From Candidatus Krumholzibacteriia bacterium (lineage in GTDB: Bacteria; Krumholzibacteriota; Krumholzibacteriia; JAJRXK01), in the NCBI GenBank assembly GCA_041484665.1, contig JBGPIA010000003.1:128001-192000 (forward strand): 64,000 bases of DNA, read 5' to 3'. Position 1 is the stretch's first letter. Every line of letters starts with the position of its first letter. Positions 30,086 through 39,922 of the stretch are shown in pieces. The position numbers were made by a program, and so were the translations under genes. The notes beneath the pieces were generated by a model. That model did no database searches. It was not told the origin of the DNA and worked only from the letters and a program-made list of their open reading frames with translations.

Positions 30086-30445
30086 GGGCTGAGCGACCGC
30101 CGCGGTCGAAGACCGCTCGAGTCGCAACGGCGCGCCACCGCGGGACGACCGGCCGCTGCTCCGCCCTGGTCCCGTGCGCACCGCACCCAGATCCCTGCTC
30201 TCCCACTATCGAGCCGCGATCGCCGGCTGTCGATCCCCGGGCGGCCATCCGCTGGATCGCCCGCGATTGCCGGCAGCTGGAGACGCGCTGAGGGGGCCGC
30301 GGCGTTTGCCGTCCAACGGACGCTTGCCTTTCTCATCCCGTCAAGCCACCCTGACTGGGTGCGCGGCCCCACGCTGCAATGCAGTCCGCGCCCCCTGCAG
30401 CGCGCGCACCGTCGGCAGGCTCGATGAGACTGCCGCGTTTCTCCC

Positions 30446-31238
30446 ATGACGACCTCGATGCAGCCGCTCAAGAGCTTGGAGCCACGCTCCCCCGGCCGGC
30501 GGGCAAGCGGCGCGGGCCCCGACCTCTCGGTCGTCGTCCCCTGTCTCAATGAAGCCGAATCGCTGCGCGAGCTCGTGCGGCGTCTGGGCCAGACGTTTCC
30601 CGTGGGCGGACCGATCGCGGCGGAGTTCCTGGTGGTCGATGACGGCTCCGCCGACGCGACGCCGCGGCTGTTCCGCGAACTGCAAGCGCGGGAGCCGCGT
30701 CTGATTCCGGTGATCCGCCCACAGCGCGGGGGGCCAGACCGCTGCGCTTTGGTCAGGATTGACCCGGGCGCCTGGCCGCTACATCGCCCAGCTCGACGGT
30801 GACCTGCAGAACGATCCGTCCGATCTCCCGCGCATGCTGGAGTTGGCTCGGCAGGGTCACGACGCCGTCCTGGGCTACCGCGAGCAGCGGTACGACCGGC
30901 CCGCGCGCCGCACCGCCAGCTGGATGGCGAACGCGATCCGCCGCGCCGTACTCCACGATCACATCCGCGACATCGGCTGCTCTACGCGCGTCGTGCGACG
31001 CGAGGCGATGCTCGCGCTGTCTCCCGTCCCCAATCTCAACCGCTATCTGCCGGCCCTGTTGGAGAGATCGGGCTGGCGGATCGTGCAGGTCCGAGCGATC
31101 CACCACCCGCGCCTGTGTGGACGGAGCAAGTACGACAACCTGCGACGCGGGCTGCAGGGGATCGTCGACCTGATCCGCATGGCGCGGCTGGCGGCGCAGC
31201 ATGCCCGGCAGGCGGAATCGAGGACCCATGGTGTTTGA
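30446..31238 (+). pseudogene. GT2 polyprenol-phosphate glycosyltransferase (ArnC/DPM1-like), split by a +1 frameshift in a G6 run
   Basis: SVVVPCLNEA and VVDDGS.D in one frame; GQTAALWSG...LDGDLQNDP in the next; removing one G at 30728-30733 joins them. Confidence 0.8.
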
Positions 31239-31503
31239 CGCTTGGAAGTGGCTGGGCCTGGCGGCCCAGGTGGTGTTCGCCTCCCGCTTCGCCGTGCAGT
31301 GGCTGGTCTCCGAGGCGCGCGGCCAGAGCGTGATCCCAACCTATTTCTGGTGGGCGAGCATCCTGGGTGCGGCGGCGTTGTTGGCCTACGCCATCCACAT
31401 CCACGATCCGGTCTTCATCCTGGGACAGTCGTTCGGGATGCTGGTTTACGTGCGAAACCTCACGCTGCGCCGCCAGCGGACCGACCCCCAGACCACCACA
31501 TGA
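31228..31503 (+). CDS. Lipid A biosynthesis N-terminal (LAB_N) domain small membrane protein
   Basis: GLAAQVVFASRFAVQWLVSE...SVIPTYFW..S..G...LLAYAI...DPVFILGQ......Y.RNL. Confidence 0.88.
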   Translation: MVFDAWKWLGLAAQVVFASRFAVQWLVSEARGQSVIPTYFWWASILGAAALLAYAIHIHDPVFILGQSFGMLVYVRNLTLRRQRTDPQTTT

Positions 31504-32931
31504 GCGACCGCAGACTGCGCGGCCCGCTGGCGCTGGCCGCCGCCGGCCTCGCGCTCTGGGTAGCGGGGCTGGGCGCCTATCCCCTGCTCGAGAGCACCGA
31601 GGGGCGCTATGCATCGATCGTGGCGGACATGCTTCGCCGCGGTGACTGGCTCGTGCCGCGCTTCGATGGGCTGCTGCACTTCGACAAAGCCGCCGCTGGC
31701 GTACTGGGGCGGCGCTCTGGCGCTGCGACTGCTGGGCCACAGCGAGCTCGCGCTGCGCGTGCCTGCCACGCTCGCGTGGCTGCTGTCCGCGTGGCTGGTG
31801 TTCCGCCTGGGGCTCGCCGCGACGCTTGACCGCCGCCGCGCGACGTGGGCGGCCGTGTTCGCCAGCTTCGCTCCGCTGGCGGTGGTGCAGGCGCGCATGC
31901 TGAGCAGCGATGTCTTCCTCTGGCCGGCGACCCTGTGCGTCTACCTCGGCGTGGTCGACGTGAGTCGAAGCGCGTGGGGGCGCGCTGCGCTCACGGGCGT
32001 GGGCCTGGCCGCTGGTCTGCTGGCCAAGGGTCACCTGGTGCTCTTCTGGACGATCTCCGCGCTGCTGGTGTGGGCGGGCTGGCAGCGGCGGTGGCGCGCG
32101 GCCGGCGTGCTTGGCCATCCGCACGCGCTGGTGCTGGGGCTCGGGGCCGGGCTGCCGTGCTATGTGATCGAGGCGCTGCGCCACCCACAGCTCGTGCGAT
32201 TCTGGCTGGGACGCGAGACCGCCGGACGATACCTGAGCGGCGTCCATGGCCGCCACGAGCCGTGGTGGTACTTCGCCGCAATCCTGCCCGCGATGGTGCT
32301 GCCGTGGTTGCCGGAGATCGTGCGGGGCGCAGCGCGCGCGCTGCGCCGGGAAGCCACCGAGGCCGCCGCACAGGCCAGGCTGTGGGTGCTGTGGGCCGGT
32401 CTTCCGCTGGTGCTGTTCAGCGTCAGCGGCTCGAAGCGCTCCAACTACCTGATCCCGCTCCTCGCACCGCTGGCATTGCTGGCCGCCTCCGCGCTCCCGG
32501 CGCAGGCGTCGCGCCACCTGGGGATCCGCACGGGCGTGTGGTCGCTGGTGGTGCTGCTCTCGCCGTTCGTGCTGGGCGCGGTGCCCGGCCTCGCGCCTGC
32601 GACGCGCGAGCTCGCGACGGCTGCGCGGCGGACGGGCGGGCAGCTCGTGGCGTACCACGAGCTGCCCACCAGCCTGCCCTTCTATTACGGCGCCAACGTC
32701 GCGGCGGTGTTCACCGCCGTCGATGAGACACTCGATGACGCGCAGACATGCGCGCGCTGGCGGCCGCCACGCCCAGACGCTGTCGCGCCCGTGCTCGCCC
32801 ATGGAGGGCTGGTCCTCGCTCGCACGGAAGACTGGCCCGTGCTGTCGAAGCTGGCAGGTGTGACGCTCACGCCGGTGGCGAGCGGCGGCGGGCGCGTGCT
32901 GCTGCACGCGCCGGGCGCCGCGCGGCCGTGA
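31500..32931 (+). pseudogene. ArnT/PMT-family (GT-C) glycosyltransferase, split by a +1 frameshift
   Basis: EGRYA.I...M...GDWLVP..DG..HFDK, then PPLAYW in the shifted frame (extra A at 31686-31688); later LAKG, H.EPWWYF, SKRSNYLIP. Confidence 0.8.
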
Positions 32932-33050
32932 GCTGAACGGTATATCCCTGAAGCGGTTGAGGCGCCCGCGAGGGAGACGAGGCGTCCCCCGGGCGAACGG
33001 TCCGCCGCCGCTAGGCCGAGCGCGGGAGCCCCAGCCGCGGCATCGAGCCG

Positions 33051-33284
33051 CTACTTCTTCTTCGCGCGCGAGTCGAGCAGGCGGAGGATCTCCCCGTCCT
33101 CCGGGAAGCGGTCGAGCTGCTTCTTCGAGAAGATGAGCTTGCCGTCAGCGTCGACCTCGAACACTCCCCCGCTGCTCTCGATCAGCGTCACGTCCTGCCC
33201 GGTGTGCTGCTTGATCTCGGCGGCCAGACCGGTCGCCCGGGGCAGGTAGTTTCAGACACCGCAGTAGGTGATCGCGATCTTCAT
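33051..33284 (-). CDS. SelW/Rdx-family selenoprotein (CxxU), 77 aa, in-frame UGA at 33254-33252
   Basis: MKIAITYCGV(U)NYLPRATGLAAEI...SSGGVFEVDADGKLIFSKKQLDRFPEDGEI; AAGGGAAG SD; Rdx motifs on both sides of the TGA. Confidence 0.93.
33219..33237 (-). promoter_or_regulatory. Bacterial SECIS element
   Basis: GGCG-A-CC-[GGUCU]-GG-C-CGCC hairpin; the G-initiated loop starts 21 nt after the UGA. Confidence 0.75.
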
Positions 33285-33318
33285 GGTCCACTTCCCTTCT
33301 TGGGATCGTCAGCAGACG

Positions 33319-34011
33319 CTAGGGCAAGCGCGCGGGCGGTGCAAGCATCACGGGCTGCCACGGCTTCCCCTCCCGCAGGGGCTGGCCGTCACGCACCTGC
33401 AGCTCGCCCTTGGCCAGCCACTGCAACACCGTCGGGTAAAGCTCGCATTCTGCCACGAACACCCGGTCCGCCAGGGTGCGCGTTGAGTCACCCGGGAGCA
33501 CGGGCACCTGCACCTGCGCCAGGATCGGCCCGTGGTCGTAGCGGCGATCCACCAGATGCACCGTCGCCCCGGAGACGCGGTCGCCGGATGCGAGCACTGC
33601 GGCGTGCACGCGATCGCCGTAGCATCCCTTGCCGCCGTGGGCCGGCAGCAGGGCCGGGTGGATGTTCAGCACGGACAGGTCGCCCACCGCGGTCAGGTCG
33701 AGCAGCGACAGGTAGCCGCAAAGGACGATGACCTGGGCGCCGCAGGTGCGCGCCCATTGCAGCATGGCGCGATCGCGCTCGGCGCGCGACGGATGCTCCC
33801 CGCCCGGAAACGCGCGCGTCGCGACGCCGGCGTCGCGCGCGATGTCCAGCCCCAGGACGCCGTCGCGGTCACTGGCCGCGGCGACCACGCTCGCAGACAG
33901 GCGCCCCTCGCGGATGCACAGGAGCAGATTCGCGAGCGTGCGGCCCGTGCCGCTGAGCAGCACCGCGAGCGGCAGCACTCGTGCGGTCGGCCGTCGCTCA
34001 TCCCGACTCAC
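33319..34011 (-). CDS. purN: Phosphoribosylglycinamide formyltransferase
   Basis: AVLLSGTGRTL, LNIHPALLP, SGATVHLV...YDHGPI. Confidence 0.93.
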   Translation of the reverse strand: MSRDERRPTARVLPLAVLLSGTGRTLANLLLCIREGRLSASVVAAASDRDGVLGLDIARDAGVATRAFPGGEHPSRAERDRAMLQWARTCGAQVIVLCGYLSLLDLTAVGDLSVLNIHPALLPAHGGKGCYGDRVHAAVLASGDRVSGATVHLVDRRYDHGPILAQVQVPVLPGDSTRTLADRVFVAECELYPTVLQWLAKGELQVRDGQPLREGKPWQPVMLAPPARLP

Positions 34012-36236
34012 GGCAACAGCTCCATGCGCCACGCCCCACTGCGATCGAGCACCGCCACGACCTCCAGCTTTTCGGGGTCCGACCAGGCGAGGCCTTCGAC
34101 CCAGCGCGCGGCAAGGTCCACCTCGAGCTCGGCCCACGACCGCCCCGCATCGCGGCTGAGGAAGAGCATGGCCGGCGCACCCGCGGTTCCTCGGCACCCA
34201 GCCAGCACCCACCCCGAGCGCGTGGGATGCGGGGCGAGCACGTAGACGTCGCCGTTGCCCAGACCCTGGCCGGACGGGTGCCAGTCGCCGGTGCGCGCAT
34301 CGTCACGGTAGACTCCGAAGCCGGTCGCGGCGAGCAGCGCGCCGTCGGGCAGCGCGGCCAGATCGCGCACGTCCACGATCGTCGTCACCGCCTGCGTCGG
34401 CGGAGCGATGCAGCAGGTGTCCAGAGGCAGCCCGCCACGCAGCGCGTCGGGCAGGCCGCGGTCGTGCTGCTCCCAGGTGTCCGTGGCCGCTTCCAGCGCG
34501 TACACCCCTCCGCGGAAGGCGCCCATCCAGATCTGGGTGCCGACGAACACGAAGCGACGGATCTGTGTTGCGCCGGAGAGGCCATGCTCGCTCTCGAGCA
34601 CGCCGGGATAACCCAGGCCGCCGTGCACCCGCGACCAGCTCCGCCCGCTGTCGGTGCTGCGGTAGACTCCGTTTCCGTCCGCACCCCCCAGCCAAAGCCG
34701 CTCCGGATGGCCCGGCTCCTGCGCCAGCGCACTGACCTGGAATGGTTGCCCAGGATTGGCGTAATCGTCCAGCCCGGCACTGCGCGGGTCCCAGGGCTCG
34801 CCGACCAATCCCGGATGCCACTGCGCGCCAAAGGCGCCCCAGAAGACGCCGCTGGCGTCGCCGCGGTCCGGCAGCACGACGGTCAAGAACGACGCCAGCT
34901 GCGGCGTATCGAGGAAGTCGGGATGCGCATCAGCGGCATCCCCGCGATACACCTCTCCACCCACGCGGCCCAGCACCACCACCCCCTCCGCGCGCGGGTC
35001 CGCCGCGGCGCTCCCGAAGTCCAGGATGCCGCCGGCGAATGGGACGGGCGTGACTCCCGCCGCAAAGACGCGCTCGAGCTCGCCGGACACCGACACGACG
35101 TAGCCACCACCCTCCACGGCGACGGGCCCCTCAACACCGCCGACGCCTGCTGAAGCTGCAACGGACGTGGGGCTCGGGCCCGGTAGCATCCCGGCGAACG
35201 CAGAGCCGTCGTCGACCTGCGCGACGTAATCCACGACGGCGCCGCGCGCACGGACATCCGCGCGCTCGAACCGGCTCCCGCTGGGCGCGAGCACGCTTGC
35301 GCCCGGCCCGACGATGCGCGCCGGGGTCGCGTAGCTGAGCGCGCCATCGGGAAGCAGCGCCACACTCAGCACCGGCCCCTCCGGCGAAGCTCCAGAAGCG
35401 GTGAAGGTCGACCCACCGTCGATGCTCCGCCAGAATTGCCAGCCACCTGGCGTCTGCACGGCCAGCGCTACGCGCCCCTGGCCATCGGCCGCCAGCGGAC
35501 CGAACGCCTGCGGCGCGGCGGGGAGGCTCGCGGGCGTCCAGCTGTCGGTCTCCTGGGCGCGCACGAAGAGCGCGGTTCCCTGGACGACGGCCAGCGCTCC
35601 GAACGGGTGTGCGGGGCTGCGGGGCAGCGCCGCGATCCGATCGACGCCCGCCACCGTCGCCGGCCGTGCCACCTGCCGGAACGATCGTCCCCGGTCGTAG
35701 CTCACGTGGAGCGCGTCCTCGACCAAGCGCGATTGCACGATCCAGATGCTTCCGGTGACGTCGCCGTCGATGGCCACGATCGCCTGCAGCGACGCGTCGG
35801 GAGGTCCGGGCCGCCACGCGAGATCGGCCCCGCTCTGCACCACCCGGTACGCGCCGCGGTCGGTCCCCACCCACAGCAGGTCCGCCCGTCCGCGCAGCGC
35901 CGTGATGGCGCGCACGGCGGTGGGTCCGGCAAAGCCCTGCGCCACCACCCGTGCGGCCGGCGCCACGCCCGCTGGGGGTGTCCCGAAGTTCTCGCTGCAG
36001 CCGAAGCACCACAGCGCGCTCAACAGCATCGCGATCCGCCCCCTGCGGTTGGACGGGATGGCCGGGGCGACGAGCGGCGTCCAGAGTGCGGAAACGTCCA
36101 TGGTGGCCAGGCCGGGGAAGACGGTCAGGGCGCGGCTCCAGGGTTGGGGGGACGCAAGCACGGTCCGGCGCCGGCTCCACAGCCGGGAATCGCCTCCACG
36201 GCCTGGCTGCGCCCGACGCTCCGGGAGCGGCTCCAC
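34008..36236 (-). CDS. Putative lipoprotein with BNR/Asp-box beta-propeller (start uncertain, possibly 36101 or 36029)
   Basis: LWCFGC lipobox-like; Asp boxes SYDRGRSF, SIDGGSTF, STDSGRSW, SRDAGRSW. Confidence 0.7.
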   Translation of the reverse strand: MEPLPERRAQPGRGGDSRLWSRRRTVLASPQPWSRALTVFPGLATMDVSALWTPLVAPAIPSNRRGRIAMLLSALWCFGCSENFGTPPAGVAPAARVVAQGFAGPTAVRAITALRGRADLLWVGTDRGAYRVVQSGADLAWRPGPPDASLQAIVAIDGDVTGSIWIVQSRLVEDALHVSYDRGRSFRQVARPATVAGVDRIAALPRSPAHPFGALAVVQGTALFVRAQETDSWTPASLPAAPQAFGPLAADGQGRVALAVQTPGGWQFWRSIDGGSTFTASGASPEGPVLSVALLPDGALSYATPARIVGPGASVLAPSGSRFERADVRARGAVVDYVAQVDDGSAFAGMLPGPSPTSVAASAGVGGVEGPVAVEGGGYVVSVSGELERVFAAGVTPVPFAGGILDFGSAAADPRAEGVVVLGRVGGEVYRGDAADAHPDFLDTPQLASFLTVVLPDRGDASGVFWGAFGAQWHPGLVGEPWDPRSAGLDDYANPGQPFQVSALAQEPGHPERLWLGGADGNGVYRSTDSGRSWSRVHGGLGYPGVLESEHGLSGATQIRRFVFVGTQIWMGAFRGGVYALEAATDTWEQHDRGLPDALRGGLPLDTCCIAPPTQAVTTIVDVRDLAALPDGALLAATGFGVYRDDARTGDWHPSGQGLGNGDVYVLAPHPTRSGWVLAGCRGTAGAPAMLFLSRDAGRSWAELEVDLAARWVEGLAWSDPEKLEVVAVLDRSGAWRMELLP

Positions 36237-36250
36237 GACCCGGGATCGCG

Positions 36251-37831
36251 TCAGCCGGGCCGGCGCCCGACCGCCAACAAGAACGCAAAGTTGACGGCGA
36301 TCAGCACGAACAGCGGCCCATCCCCGTGGCGCGTGTAGGGCGAGCCGGCCGCGGCAGGCGTGATCGTGCGCACGGCGATCGTGCGTTCGAACAAGCGCGT
36401 GCGGTCTACGATCCTCCCCGAGGGAAGCGCGAAGAAGCTGATCCCGTTGTTGGCGACGCGCACGAGCGGCACCCGGTTTTCCGCCGCGCGCATGGCCGCC
36501 ATGAGAGCGTGCTGGTAGGGAGCCAGCGTCCGCCCGAACCAGCCGTCGTTGCTCATATTGACCAGGAAGCCGGCGCCGCGCTGCACCGCCAGGCGGCTCA
36601 GCGGTGGGAAGATCGACTCGAAGCAGATCAGGTTGGAGAAGCGATCACCTTCGACGTCGAAGACGGTCATTTCGGGACCCACGGCCCACTCCGCCTGCCC
36701 CATGTCCCATTTGGCCAGCGCCGGGATCCAACGCTGGAACGGCATGCGCTCGCCCAACGGAAGCAGGTGGATCTTGTGGTAATGCCCGCGCACGGCGCCC
36801 GTATCGTCCATCAGGAGCGAGCTGTTGAACGCCAGCAGCTGCCCCTCCTTGGTCACCTCGCGCTGGGGGAGTCCGATGAGTAGCCAGGTCCCCGTACGCC
36901 GCGCGAGCTCCTGGACTTGCTGCAGGTATGCGGGCATCCGCAGCAGATCGAAAGGAATCGTCGTCTCCGGCCAGACCACCAGCCGCGCCCCCTCGCGGGC
37001 CGCCCGCTCGGTCAGGAGCGTGAACGGTACGAACGTCGAGTCGCGCTTGGCCGGGTCCCACTTGTCGTTGAGGTCCACGTTGCCCTGGATCACCGCGACG
37101 CGCAGCCCGGTGGTCTGCGGATCGGCGCGCTCGAGCGCGTGCATGGTGATCACACCGTACAGCGAGGCACCGCCCAGCAGGACCAGCAGCGACACGATTC
37201 CCCAGTAGCGGTGCAGCGTCGCCCGTCCCAGCGTCGGGTACTCCCCGCGCCACGAGAGCCAGATGACGACCGCGAGCACATTCACCCACGCAACCACGAA
37301 GGTCACGCCCAACTCCCCCAGTAACCCAGCCACCTGCAACAGGGGCACGAAGCGCCACTGGGTGGTCGCCAGCCGCAGCCAGGGGAAGCCCAACTCGCCT
37401 TTGGCCATGAGCCACTCACCGCACACCCACAGCCCCGGGAACCAGAAGATGGCCTGGGCGCCGTAGCGGTTGCGCAGCCGGCGAGCGATCCAGAGCGGCA
37501 GGGCATCGAAGATCGTGAGGTACAGGGTGAGCAGCAGCAGGCAGATCGGCAGCAGCCAGCGGTAACGGAACGTGGCCGCGTCGCCCAGCAGCACCAGCCA
37601 GTATAGCGTAGTGATGTGGTGCGTCAGCCCGAACGAGAGGATCATCGCACGCAGGCGAACCGGCTCCCCGGAGCGCACGCGCTCGGGAGAGAACAGCACG
37701 AGCAGCAGCGGCGCCAGCGCCACGAAGCCGAGCACGCCCAGCGGCGAGGGCGGTGACGCAAGGGTGAACAGCAGGCCGCTGGTGACGCCCGCAATGAGCT
37801 CGGGGGTGGAGAGGAGTCGACGCAGGCGCAT
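36251..37831 (-). CDS. lnt: Apolipoprotein N-acyltransferase
   Basis: GFPW, QGN, VVWPET, YHKIHLLPLGE, ICFES, SNDGWF, RAAENR, NNGIS. Confidence 0.95.
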   Translation of the reverse strand: MRLRRLLSTPELIAGVTSGLLFTLASPPSPLGVLGFVALAPLLLVLFSPERVRSGEPVRLRAMILSFGLTHHITTLYWLVLLGDAATFRYRWLLPICLLLLTLYLTIFDALPLWIARRLRNRYGAQAIFWFPGLWVCGEWLMAKGELGFPWLRLATTQWRFVPLLQVAGLLGELGVTFVVAWVNVLAVVIWLSWRGEYPTLGRATLHRYWGIVSLLVLLGGASLYGVITMHALERADPQTTGLRVAVIQGNVDLNDKWDPAKRDSTFVPFTLLTERAAREGARLVVWPETTIPFDLLRMPAYLQQVQELARRTGTWLLIGLPQREVTKEGQLLAFNSSLLMDDTGAVRGHYHKIHLLPLGERMPFQRWIPALAKWDMGQAEWAVGPEMTVFDVEGDRFSNLICFESIFPPLSRLAVQRGAGFLVNMSNDGWFGRTLAPYQHALMAAMRAAENRVPLVRVANNGISFFALPSGRIVDRTRLFERTIAVRTITPAAAGSPYTRHGDGPLFVLIAVNFAFLLAVGRRPG

Positions 37832-37929
37832 GCTCAAAAGGCGATGGGTCCGGCTTGGTGCCGAGCGCCGTGGCAAGTCCGGCGCGTCCGGCCACGGGCC
37901 GTTGCGCGGGCGCCCGACAGGAGGGCCGA

Positions 37930-39546
37930 CTATAGGGAGCGGTTACCGTCCTGTCGAGCGTGGAGGTTGTGCCGTCGCAGCATCTTGTAGAGACCCTGAC
38001 GGCTCAGCCCCAACGCTTTGGCAGCCGCAGTCTTGTTGCCCTCGGTGCAACGCAGCGCGCGCCGGATCATGATCGCCTCGACGACCTGGTAGGCCGTCCC
38101 CAGCGGCAGCAGTTGCTGCAGCTGGCCCTGCGCGTCCGCACCCTCGCCGTCGCGCAGCGCCTCGGACAGCATGTCGGCGCGCAGCGCTTCACAGCTCCCG
38201 AACAGCCCCGCCAGACGCGCGGCCTCCGCGCGGAGTTGCGCCAGGTTGCCCGGCCAGCCACAGCGTGCGAGCAGCGCTGCCGCCGCTGGCTCGATGACCG
38301 ACAGAGCGGCGGGCGCTCCGCTGGCCGTTCGCACCAGCTCGCCCAGCAGCGCGGGGACGTCCGCGGCGCGGGCACGCAGCGGGGGCAGCAGCAGGGTGCA
38401 CGGAGCCAGGTGCCAGTAGAGATCCTCGAGGAATCGCCCCCGCCGCGCGTCGAGGCGCAGATTGCGGCGGCTGGATGCGAGTACGCGCACGTCGACGCCG
38501 CGCCGTACGTGTTCGTTCACGCGGGTCACCTCGGCGCATCGCAGTGCCTGCAGCAGGCGCTCCTGCAGCATCCGCGGCAGCTCGCCGACGTCCTCCAGCA
38601 TCAGCGAACCGCCGTGGGCTTGCTCCAGCGCGCCGGCCCATCCCGCGTCGGTGCGCCTGCCGCGGGTGGCCACGCCGAACAGCTCGCGCTCCAGGCGCCG
38701 TCTCGAGATGCCGGCGCAGCCGAGCACGACGAATGGCCCCGCGCGCCGGGGGCTGTGGGCGTGGAGCCAGCGCGCCAGCTCTACGGGTTCCGATCCGCTC
38801 TCAGCCTGCAGCAGCAGCGGCTCGTCGGAAGCGGCGGCCCGTCGGGCTCGCTGCCGAAGCTCCTGCGCTAGTGCAGACGGGCCGAGCAGCAGCAGGGGTG
38901 CATCGCCAGGGGCAGGCTCGGCCGGCCGGCGCGGACGCGAGGCCGCGCGGCGGCGCCCGGCAGGTGCCCGCGACTGCGCCAGGGCCGGCGCATCGTGCGC
39001 GCGCACGTTGCGGTCGGCGGGGGCGGCCGCTGTGCGCTGCGCGGACGCGGGCCCCTGCGCGGGGTGCGGAAGCAGGAGCCACTGCGGCGGCGCCAGTGCC
39101 CTGGCCAGCGCCTCCATCCCCTGCTCGGCCACGCGCAGGCGGCCTTCGCCGGGCTCACGGCCCGCAACGAACAGCGCGAGGAAGAGCACGCAGGGCAGGC
39201 GGTCGTTGGGCAGCGCCCAACCGCGCAGCACCGCGGCATCCTGGGCGCGCAGCCACGCCGCCAGCGCATGCGGGCCGTTCGCGGAGAGCTCGACGTGCCG
39301 TCCCTCGTCGATGAGGAGTTTGAAACCCGCCAGCGGCAGCGCGTCCTCGACAGGCCAAAGCGGGCCGGACTCTGCGACGGCGGCCAGGACCGCGAACGGT
39401 TGGGGCGACGGTCCGGGGAGGGCCAGCCGGCGGGCGAGACCCAGACGAGCAGCGCCGAGCGCCGCACGCAGACACTGCAGCCGCGTGTGGAGAAGTTCCG
39501 GATCCGGCTCGCGAAGCGGAGGCGCAGAGCGTGGGGCGTTGGTCAC
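37930..39546 (-). CDS. Sigma-54 enhancer-binding-protein-like regulator with degenerate AAA+ core and Fis-type HTH
   Basis: ELFG, A.GGSL.L, LQ.RLL, GRF.EDLY, WPGN, GNKTAAAKALGLSRQGLYKML; Walker A/B and GAFTGA altered. Confidence 0.8.
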   Translation of the reverse strand: MTNAPRSAPPLREPDPELLHTRLQCLRAALGAARLGLARRLALPGPSPQPFAVLAAVAESGPLWPVEDALPLAGFKLLIDEGRHVELSANGPHALAAWLRAQDAAVLRGWALPNDRLPCVLFLALFVAGREPGEGRLRVAEQGMEALARALAPPQWLLLPHPAQGPASAQRTAAAPADRNVRAHDAPALAQSRAPAGRRRAASRPRRPAEPAPGDAPLLLLGPSALAQELRQRARRAAASDEPLLLQAESGSEPVELARWLHAHSPRRAGPFVVLGCAGISRRRLERELFGVATRGRRTDAGWAGALEQAHGGSLMLEDVGELPRMLQERLLQALRCAEVTRVNEHVRRGVDVRVLASSRRNLRLDARRGRFLEDLYWHLAPCTLLLPPLRARAADVPALLGELVRTASGAPAALSVIEPAAAALLARCGWPGNLAQLRAEAARLAGLFGSCEALRADMLSEALRDGEGADAQGQLQQLLPLGTAYQVVEAIMIRRALRCTEGNKTAAAKALGLSRQGLYKMLRRHNLHARQDGNRSL

Positions 39547-39594
39547 GGGCGATCCCCCTGGGCAGGCAGATGCGCGGAAGCCGCCGGCTAGAAG

Positions 39595-39610
39595 AGCAAG
39601 GGCGGTGCCG
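39595..39610 (-). promoter_or_regulatory. Putative sigma-54 promoter of the degenerate bEBP gene
   Basis: CGGCACCGCCCTTGCT (GG-N10-GC) about 50 bp upstream of GTG 39546. Confidence 0.55.
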
Positions 39611-39922
39611 CCAAGCGGCTTTTGCCGCGACTGATGCAACTAGCGCAAGCACACGAGCCTCACCCGCGCTTGGAGCAGGTGCTGGCGCCCGCAGAGTGTC
39701 GCCGGGTGTCACCTCGGCCGGGCGGCGGCGTGCGACGATGCGCGGGTGCGCTGCTAAACCATTTCGTTGCAGCAGATCCGGCGCGCGCAGCGACATGCCC
39801 GGTGAGCAGGACACCCGGCGCGCACCGACGGCCCTACGGGAGGCATCGACCGGCCTCTCACCCGAGCAGCGCTGCGTGGCGTTTGCGGCTGGGCACCCAT
39901 GCAAACCCAGTGACGGCAACGC

